Shown here in pieces: positions 1 through 6,228 of a stretch of 6,228 nt of DNA. The stretch's first letter is position 1. Each line of letters starts with the position of its first letter. The stretch is taken from the NCBI RefSeq assembly GCF_006345805.1, contig NW_021829361.1, forward strand, positions 1 through 6,228. Reading direction: 5' to 3'. Source of the DNA: Octopus sinensis. Its lineage: Eukaryota. The translations under genes were made by a program, and so were the position numbers. The notes beneath the pieces are model-generated. The model did not search any database and was not told where the DNA came from. It was given only the letters and a program-made list of their open reading frames with translations.

Positions 1-57
1 AAAGTTTTTAATTAAAAGAAACTATTTAAAAAATCTGCGTTCAAAGAGAAAAGATCC
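1..57 (+). mobile_element. Degenerate right end of a GGATC-TIR MITE (family A), rest lies upstream of the window
   Basis: TATTTAAAAAATCTGCGTTCAAAGAGAAAAGATCC (ends at 57) aligns with the family A right end TATTTAAAAAAAACTGCCGTTCAAACTTAAAAAGATAC (ends at 1768). Confidence 0.7.
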
Positions 58-381
58 CACGTAAATTTATACCTCATGTTCTTCAATGGAAATATTATTG
101 TTAATAATATTTAACCATATCTGTGAAGAGTGGAATGCGAAGTGGTTTCATGTATGGAATTTGTGGCCAAATATTTATCTTGCACCATCTTGAACATTTT
201 TATTTGTTGTCATCCCGTCAATATAATATTCTACTGCCTGAAGAAGCGTTCGTAAGTATGAATGGAGTCAGCCGAATAAATTATACTGAAGCATGGGATC
301 TTTTCGGTTTGAACGGCAGTTTTTTCTAGCTGTGTCATATGAAATTGACCCTAGTATCGATCTATTGCATTTCAATCTGTT

Positions 382-406
382 TTAGGGTTAGGGGTGGGGG
401 GAAGGG
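382..406 (+). repeat. (TTAGGG)2 plus G-runs inside MITE A copy 1; G-quadruplex-capable
   Basis: TTAGGGTTAGGGGTGGGGGGAAGGG contains four G3+ tracts (385-406). Confidence 0.8.
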
Positions 407-1182
407 TATCTTTTTTCTTCACAAATGTAAATAAACCCAATCTGTTTCTTAAACGAAGGCTATATTCATACGGTACAGAATGTTTTCACCTCAATAGACG
501 TCATTGATTGGTTGAAATTGCAGAAATTGAAGAAAAAAACAACAAATATCTTACAAACTATGGAATTTTCTCAATAAAGCCAAGAGAAAAAGATGTTTTA
601 TAAACACATTCTACCAGTATACGAAGTTTGGATCTTTTCTGTTTGATAGACGGAATTTTCTAGTTAACTAAACAATTTGAAACTTCGTATACTGGTAGAA
701 TGTGTCAAAAGAAAACATTATTGTAAACAAAATTGAAAACAAAATTGTAATTCGTAACTTAAACGTAGTTTAATTTACGAATTTTAAACAATGAAATCGC
801 AGCATTCGAGCTCAAATTATTTACTGCGTCTAAAAAACTCACACGCACCCGTCTTATTCATCCTTGTCTCTTCTTCTGTCTTCTGTCTTCTACATGTGCT
901 AGAAATAACAGCTATATCTCTTAAATCGATGAATTTCGTCTCCCAATAAAAATATTAACGATATTTTTTGAATATTTAAAAAATTTTTTTTTACCGAAAA
1001 GGTTTCTCCCATGGTTTTGAAAGGCCAGAAACAACGAAAAAAAACAATAATATGCCTAAATCGGTCTCGAGTTTGCGCGTGGAGTGTGAGTAGTATTGTA
1101 AAAAGTTTGCGAAATATTTTTTTTCATAAAAGGATGCCCCCAGCTTGTCGGAAGCTGTGATATAAATTGGGAAAAAAAATCC

Positions 1183-1233
1183 TCGACACCAGTGCGTAAT
1201 TGGTACTTAATTATCGACCCCGAAACGATGAAA
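1183..1233 (-). mobile_element. Short SINE internal-domain fragment inside element B
   Basis: The reverse complement TTTCATCGTTTCGGGGTCGATAATTAAGTACCAATTACGCACTGGTGTCGA resembles the recalled cephalopod SINE segment TTTCATCCTTTCGGGGTCGATAAATTAAGTACCAGT..CACTGGGGTCGA. Confidence 0.6.
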
Positions 1234-1325
1234 CATTGCCCCCCCCCCCTTCTGGTTATTTACCTTTTGTGCAAATTTGTTGCGGCAAGTTGCAAAACAC
1301 GAACGTGTAAGGTATGATGGTGCGT

Positions 1326-1448
1326 TGTGTGTGTATGTATATGTCCGTTTGTATGTGTGTGTACGCTTATATATTAATTACTATGTGCTTGCGCAAATGT
1401 ATATGCATGTGTTTGAGAGAGAGAGAGAGAGTGTGTGTGTGTGTGTGT
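1326..1448. repeat. Degenerate (TG/TA) microsatellite ending in (GA)8(GT)9
   Basis: Direct reading: GA run 1415-1430, GT run 1431-1448. Confidence 0.9.
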
Positions 1449-1490
1449 CGTGCGTCTGCTATATTTCTTTATCAATATCGATAACGCAGC

Positions 1491-1550
1491 AATGCTGGGA
1501 TTTCATTGGTTAAAATTCGAAGATGTTGGAACTTCATTGGTTAAAATTCG
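1491..1550 (+). repeat. Two-unit ~31-bp tandem repeat at the inner edge of the right TIR of element B
   Basis: TTCATTGGTTAAAATTCG at 1502-1519 and 1533-1550, each preceded by ATGYTGG. The left TIR has only one unit (778-806). Confidence 0.85.
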
Positions 1551-1809
1551 TAAAATTAAACTACGTTTAAGTTACGAATTACAATTTTGTTTTCAATTTT
1601 GTTTAACAATAATGTTTTCTTTTGACACATTCTACCAGTATACGAAGTTTCAAATTTTTTAGTTAACTAGAAAATTCCGTCTATCAAACAGAAAAGATCC
1701 CGAAGTTTAAGTGTTTAGTTACGTGGAAATTATTTAAAAAAAACTGCCGTTCAAACTTAAAAAGATACGAAGCATGTATTGAGTACTATATACTTCCGTT
1801 CGGTATATT

Positions 1810-1900
1810 ACACACACACACACACACACAACGCAAGCACGTACACACACAGCACAATCACGCACAAACTGACACATATATATGCTTGCATACATATATA

Positions 1901-1955
<55 letters not shown>

Positions 1956-2144
1956 AATGTGTGGGTGTGTGTGTGTGTGTGTGTGTGTGTGGTGTGTTGT
2001 GTATGCGTGTGTGTGTTCACTTGTATGCATGTGTATGTCTTGGTGCGTATTCATATATGTAAATGTATGTATATATATATATGTGTGCGTGTGAGTGTGC
2101 GCGCACGCGTGTTTATCAGTGTACACGTACGTCTATGTACATAT
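1810..2144. repeat. Compound microsatellite (AC)n-(AT)n-(GT)n
   Basis: (AC) 1810-1830, (AT) 1903-1956, (GT) 1958-1990, with degenerate alternating purine-pyrimidine flanks. Confidence 0.95.
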
Positions 2145-2565
2145 AATTCTTCGAAATCTTTTTGACTCCTCTGCGTCTTCGACTTGAGAGCAGTGTTACA
2201 ATAACAGGAGTAATGTTTACACCTTACGTATATATCATTGTGCCTAACGGTAACATCTGTTTATAGCCGGCATGAGTAAAAGGCACTTGTTTATTTAATA
2301 TGTTTGCCAACATCTGTGAGTTATTTACGATGTCAGGAAGCATCCAATATATTTTTAGGGGATTTTTCTTTTTTGACATACTGGCAAAGGGGGGGTGACG
2401 TGCGGAGAAGCAGGGGGTTTGTCCAAAAGTTGTCTTAACACATGTTACTCTGGATAAAATGATGTGATATAGCAGAGCAGCGATTCTTTGAAATGAAGCA
2501 TAAGAGATAAGAATGGACGCAGCATAAAAATCATTATTACAAACAGATAGTGGCTGACATTGAAG

Positions 2566-2640
2566 TGTTGTTGTTGTTGTTGTTGTTGTTGCGGTTGTTG
2601 GAGGAGAAGGAGGAGGAGGTGGAACGGGGAGGAGGATGAA
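2566..2640. repeat. Trinucleotide repeats (TGT)n then (GGA)n
   Basis: TGTTGTTGT... at 2566-2600, followed by GGAGGAGAAGGAGGAGGAGG. Confidence 0.9.
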
Positions 2641-2774
2641 GAAGGGAAAAAGAAGACGAAAATCTCTATAAAAAAGAAAGATAGGTCAACAAGGTTTGTT
2701 TTTAAGGGAATTGCAATTGACATGAAAGAGACAGAATTCAACAGTTTAATGACCGATTTATAAAAGTCTCATAA

Positions 2775-3130
2775 TATACACACATATATATATACATTTG
2801 CGCGCGCTCGTGTCTGTATGTATTTATGAGTGTGTGTGTTTATATGTTGGTATGCATGTATGTATGTATGAACGTGTGTAAGTACGTATTTGCGGTGTAT
2901 ATACATGGATGTCAGTCTTAGGTGTGTGTATAATATATGAATACCTCCATGTATATACATATATGTATATATGTATATATTTATATATATAATATATATA
3001 TTATATATAATATATGGGTGTGTGTATGTATGTGTGTTGAGAGAGAGAGGTGTGTGTGGTGTGTATGAGTGAGAGACAAGCAGATAGAAAGAAAGGAAGA
3101 TAGACAGAGAGAGAAGGAGACACAGATAGA
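2775..3130. repeat. Degenerate compound microsatellite (TA/TG/GA)
   Basis: Direct reading: TA-, TATG- and TG-rich runs, then a GA/AGAT-rich purine tract. Confidence 0.85.
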
Positions 3131-3420
3131 TGTCCTTTACAATTGAAATAACAGAGCGATACGATATAACAAATACAGCGTTACATGATGGTGTGTAAGC
3201 AGCAAAATTATAGAAACAAAGAAACAAAAAAAAACGGAAGCTAGTAAAAATTCGCCGTGCGAGTGAGACTCGAGAGAGTTTGCTAGCGAATACTTCAAAA
3301 GAAAAAAAAATGGCTTCCATAACCGCTTCGACGACTTTTCAGGTATAGCTTTCTAACGGTCCATTTTCAGGGTGAAGTTGACCACACTGGTTGTCACGTC
3401 TACTTGCAATTTAACCGGCC

Positions 3421-3833
3421 GGATCTTTACGTTTGACCGGCAGTTTTTTAAAATAATTTCCACGTAACTAAACACTTTTTAAAATTCGTATCCTGGTAGA
3501 ATGTGTTTATAAAACATCTTTTACTCTGCTTCTTTTTTGAGAAATTCTATAGTTTTGTAAGATATTTGTGTTTTTTTTCTTCAATTTCTGCAATTTCAAC
3601 CAATCAATGACGTCTATTGAGGAAAAAAAAACATTCTGTGCCGTATGAATATGTCCCTCGTTTAAGAAACAGATTGGGTTTATTTACATTCCCCCCACCC
3701 CTAACCCTAACCCTAACCCTAACTCTAACCCTCACCCTAAAACAGATTGAAATGCAATAGATCGATACTAGGGTCCTAATTATGGGTGACAATCTCATAT
3801 GACACCGCTAGAAAAAACTGCCGTTCAAACCGA
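3421..3833 (-). mobile_element. MITE family A, copy 2 (inverted, uninterrupted, one TIR clipped by 8 bp)
   Basis: Begins GGATCTTTACGTTTGACCGGCAGTTTTTT (3421) and ends CTAGAAAAAACTGCCGTTCAAACCGA (3833), lacking the terminal AAAGATCC. The body is the reverse complement of 296-629 + 1709-1768. The expected TSD AACCGGCC (3413-3420) is not repeated on the other side. Confidence 0.93.
3699..3740 (-). repeat. Interstitial telomeric repeat (TTAGGG)7, two units variant
   Basis: CCCTAA x4, CTCTAA, CCCTCA, CCCTAA on the + strand. Confidence 0.95.
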
Positions 3834-4309
3834 GCGCAACATATCTTGGTCGAGCGCAGAGATCACAAATTTGTAGTTTCCGTAGCTGATGATTTTAAAA
3901 TTTGGTGAGCTGTTTCACCGCCTGGTGTAACATCGACCCCTGCATTCAGAGACGGAGTAGAACAGCACACTCAACGCGTAAGTATTAACCTTAAGTGCTG
4001 TCCTTATCTATTTCCCTACAGAATGTTTTATCGAGATACGATCTGCATGATACGATGTATTTTGTTTCCAGTTCGCTGCCTGTTGCAGATGTCAACTATT
4101 CCAAGCGCGCTGACCTTCCCAGAAGCAACTCCTTCAAATTTAACTCAGTTTTGTTAATAATTTTTGCACAACATCCCATAGTTTCTGCTAAAAGCTATTG
4201 TAGATCGTCGATGTAGGTATTATTAAGAATTTATTTCTGGCCCTCTATTACCGTTAACAAATGGTGCTTTACGCTGCTAGAAAACCACATCTATCTACCT
4301 TAAATAGAA

Positions 4310-4610
4310 TCTCTCTATATATAAATGGCAAAATGTCTTTCTGTGTGTGTGTGTGTCCTTTATACAAATCCACAATTTTTCAGTTACAGGGCACGCACTT
4401 TCTATGCTCATTCAAAACCGTCCAAGGATGGTCATGCACATCTTTACATTTCCCCAGTCACCCCGCAAAGCCATTAAAAAATCAATAGAAGTTACTTTTT
4501 TGTGAATTTTCTATCCAAAACCCAATCAAAATTACCGAAACTTGATACGCCAATTGAATGCCAGCTAGCTGTATGTGATTGGTCGAAGATTTGGACAGTA
4601 CTCGCGTGTA
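4310..4610 (+). mobile_element. Possible 5' portion of a non-autonomous Helitron-like repeat
   Basis: The start A|TCTCTCTATATATAAATGGCAAAATGTCTTTCTGTGTGTG fits the 5'-TC..TATATATAAA plus microsatellite pattern of non-autonomous Helitrons. No + strand hairpin-CTAG end was found, and the right boundary is a guess. Confidence 0.3.
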
Positions 4611-4871
4611 TGTGCGCACGCACGCAGCTGTATATGGATGCACTAGCACTATGACCCTGCCTCCATGCCTGCCTTCATGCATGTATGTATATATACATGT
4701 GTGTGTGTGTGTGTGTAAGACTAGCAGTTGCCCGTGCATATCAGCCTCCCCCCATACGCCATATATGTCTGCATGCATGCATATATACATGTGTGTGTGC
4801 CTGCCTGCCTGCATATATATATGCCTGCCTGCCTGCCTTCATGCATGTATACATATATACATGTGTGTGTG
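4605..4871. repeat. Low-complexity region of repeated (TGCC)n-(ATGC)-(TA)-(TG)n blocks
   Basis: TGCCTGCCTTCATGCATGTAT..ATATATACATGTGTGTGTG occurs at ~4666-4716 and ~4826-4871, with a partial copy at ~4771-4799. Confidence 0.8.
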
Positions 4872-5000
4872 ATTAAAGAGATTTGTTTAAAGCCAGAACA
4901 ATGTGAGAAGATACAAAGTAAACAGCAAAATGAAAAGAAAGCAAAACAAAGTTGCAGTATTTCTTTATTTCGTGATTGACCGCTTCTTCAGGTCATTTCA

Positions 5001-5152
5001 GGCCTCTTTCAGTTTCAAATCCACCCACAAAGCTTTGATCTACCTGAAGCTATAGTAGAAGATACTTGCTCAAGATGACACTCAGTGGGTCTGAAACCCA
5101 GAGCCACGTGGTTAGGAATCAAGCTTCTTATTACACAGCCACGCATGCGCCT
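5001..5152 (-). mobile_element. 5' fragment of a diverged tRNA-derived SINE (octopus-type)
   Basis: The reverse complement AGGCGCATGCGTGGCTGTGTAATAAGAAGCTTG..GGGTTTCAGACCCACTG..CTTGAGCAAGTATCTTCTACTATAGC has decayed A/B boxes and matches a recalled abundant octopus SINE head. Confidence 0.75.
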
Positions 5153-5283
5153 ATAAGTCAAATTGATATCAGACATTGTAAATACATCCTGTAAGTTGTC
5201 AGCAATTCATATAACAACTTATATACAATGTAATTTCCAATTAAAAACATAATAATTCAAACCGCATAACACATAATCTATAC

Positions 5284-5542
5284 AAGTGGTTCGAAAACGG
5301 AGTCCACATGGCCGCTAGGGGGTCCACATAAGATTTTGTAATTAAAATTTCGTGCAATAAATTGGTTATGTTTCTGCAATATACAAAATACTTTCAAAGT
5401 GTCTTCTTATAGAGTTCCTAATTATATTTAATTATAAAAATATAATAGAATTTTTTTAACCATCGAATGTTTAAGAGTGTCTACCCGAATAAAACAAGAA
5501 TCAACGGCGTCCATAAACGAAAAAAATGGTTGAGAACCAATG
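5284..5542. mobile_element. hAT (Charlie-type) MITE, 259 bp, degraded
   Basis: Termini AAGTGGTTCGAAAAC and GGTTGAGAACCAATG are both close to the CAGTGGTTCTCAACC hAT TIR type. The 8-bp TSD is ATCTATAC (5276-5283) / ATCTATAT (5543-5550), 7/8 identical and close to the nTCTAGAn target preference. Confidence 0.8.
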
Positions 5543-5598
5543 ATCTATATGCATATCATTCAGCACAATAAGGTGAATGACATCGCATATGATCTACA

Positions 5599-5899
5599 GT
5601 GGGGGCACATGGCCTAGTGGTTAGAGCAGCGGACTCGCAGTCGAGGGATCGCGGGTTCGAATCTCAGACCGGGCAATGTGTGTGTTTATGAGCGAAACAC
5701 CTAAGCTCCACGCGGTTCCGGCTGAAGGTAATGGCGAACTTCTGCTGACTCTTTCGCCACAACTTTCTCTCACTCTTTCCTCCTGCATCTTGCAGCTCAC
5801 CTGCGACGGACCGGCGTCCCGTCCAGGTGAGGAACCTATACGCCAAGGAAACCGGGAAACCGGCCCTTATGAGCCAGGCATGGCTCGAGAAGGAACAAA
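5599..5899 (+). mobile_element. Full-length tRNA-derived SINE (~301 bp)
   Basis: tRNA-like head with Pol III A and B boxes, CT-rich middle, structured 3' part and short AAC-type tail. Perfect 13-bp TSD CATATGATCTACA at 5586-5598 and 5900-5912. Confidence 0.93.
5610..5664 (+). promoter_or_regulatory. Internal RNA polymerase III type 2 promoter of the SINE
   Basis: A box TGGCCTAGTGG (5610-5620) and B box GGTTCGAATCT (5654-5664) at tRNA-like spacing. Confidence 0.85.
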
Positions 5900-6015
5900 C
5901 ATATGATCTACACCATAACAGACAAAGCGCTAGAGTGATACAGGAACAACAGACAGCAAACCCTCAGCGAAGTGAAACGGATGTAATATATATATATATA
6001 AAGTTCTACATGGCA

Positions 6016-6228
6016 AAAACAAAAAAGAAATTGGCACTCCGTCGGTTAAGACGGCGAATGTTTCAGTTGATTCGATCAACGAAACAACTAGATCGTGAAA
6101 TTAACGTGCAAGTGGCTGAGTATTCCACAGATATGTGTACCCTTAACGTAGTCCTCGGGGAGAGGACTACGTTCAGTGTGACACAGAGTGTGACAAGGCT
6201 GGCATCTTGAATTACAGGTACTACTCAT
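6016..6228 (-). mobile_element. 3' part of another cephalopod-type SINE, running out of the window
   Basis: TTGGCACTCCGTCGGTTA..CGTGAAATTAACGTGCAAGTGGCTGAG..CCCTTAACGTAG..GTGACACAGAGTGTGACAAGGCTGG matches a recalled octopus SINE in reverse. An A-rich tract at 6014-6030 marks the end. Confidence 0.7.

Larger units (their letters stand above)
630..1700. mobile_element. Nested non-autonomous DNA transposon (family B, 1071 bp) with long TIRs
   Basis: Starts GGATCTTTTCTGTTTGATAGACGGAATTTTCTAGTTAACTA and ends TAGTTAACTAGAAAATTCCGTCTATCAAACAGAAAAGATCC. Near-perfect inverted repeats 630-806 vs ~1491/1523-1700. Perfect 8-bp TSD CGAAGTTT at 622-629 and 1701-1708. No transposase ORF inside. Confidence 0.95.
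296..1768 (+). mobile_element. Non-autonomous DNA transposon (MITE family A, copy 1; ~394 bp own sequence = 296-629 + 1709-1768), Merlin-like by GG termini and 8-bp TSD; interrupted by a nested element
   Basis: ~30-bp TIRs GGATCTTTTCGGTTTGAACGGCAGTTTTTT (296-325) and AAAAAACTGCCGTTCAAACTTAAAAAGATAC (1738-1768). Perfect 8-bp TSD GAAGCATG at 288-295 and 1769-1776. After removing 630-1708 it is colinear with the reverse complement of 3421-3833. The superfamily assignment is inference. Confidence 0.92.
3241..4290 (-). pseudogene. Possible decayed Helitron RepHel (PIF1-family helicase) remnant, split by MITE A copy 2
   Basis: Manual minus-strand translation gives ordered fragments, with stops and frameshifts: YIDDLQ*LLAE (~4215-4183), VASGK and a TGNK-like P-loop trace (~4130-4060), IR..ALSV, then VTPGGETAHQILK (3931-3893, cf. 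PIF1 motif LLPGGRTAHSxFK). Beyond the MITE it reads ASR..PENG..YT*KVV (cf. the C-terminal SRV..TKNVV), followed by hairpin CGAGTGAGACTCG (3260-3272) and CTAG (3241-3244). All matches are weak. Confidence 0.35.

Noticed and set aside
604-1650. Recurrent 26-bp motif as a CRISPR repeat or recombinase site
   Set aside because: Copies are irregularly spaced, in both orientations and fully explained as transposon subterminal sequence in a eukaryotic context.
1779-2165. Overlapping ORFs rich in YI/CV/HT
   Set aside because: Translations of dinucleotide microsatellites with no coding signal. The same applies to 1277-1662, 2769-3320 and 4482-4979.
2445-2763. PolyQ/polyL and polyC/polyR ORFs
   Set aside because: They arise from (TGT)n and (GGA)n repeats, with no recognisable domain.
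3699-3740. True chromosome end or telomere fusion site
   Set aside because: Only 7 units in one orientation, embedded at a fixed position in a MITE.
3604-3798. ORF with an RVRVRV run
   Set aside because: Translation of the (TTAGGG)n tract within a MITE.
3364-3983. Possible + strand exon(s): CTAAC..TTTTCAG acceptor at 3370, GTGAG at 3905 and GTAAGT at 3978 as donors
   Set aside because: Interrupted by the MITE, the peptide is unrecognisable, and such splice-like motifs are frequent by chance. RNA-seq would be needed.
5601-5675. Possible tRNA gene
   Set aside because: Acceptor and anticodon stems do not pair properly, there is no oligo-T terminator, and it continues into a SINE body bounded by a TSD.
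5866-5892. Hammerhead ribozyme-like CTTATGAG-stem-CGAGA
   Set aside because: It deviates from the required CUGANGA and GAAA core, and no stem I/III with an NUH cleavage site is evident.
5664-6210. ORFs overlapping the SINEs
   Set aside because: They span SINE bodies, a TSD and an AT repeat, so they are chance open frames.

Overview
AT-rich, microsatellite-dense eukaryotic non-coding DNA. The SINE families and compound (CA)/(TA)/(GT) repeats look like a cephalopod, probably Octopus (inferred from recalled family sequences, not a search). No intact protein-coding gene is supported, and the supplied ORFs are mostly microsatellite or repeat artefacts. The main structure is a nest of GGATC-terminated non-autonomous DNA transposons with 8-bp TSDs (Merlin-like or hAT/P-like). 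A ~394-bp element carrying TTAGGG repeats (296-1768) is interrupted by a related 1071-bp element with ~177-bp TIRs (630-1700), which inserted into a 26-bp motif that both families share. A second, inverted copy (3421-3833) has an expanded telomeric tract and a clipped end, and an end fragment of a third copy lies at 1-57. Also present: a hAT/Charlie-type MITE (5284-5542), a full-length tRNA-derived SINE with a 13-bp TSD (5599-5899), three SINE fragments, and a tentative, heavily decayed Helitron PIF1-helicase remnant on the minus strand around the second MITE copy.
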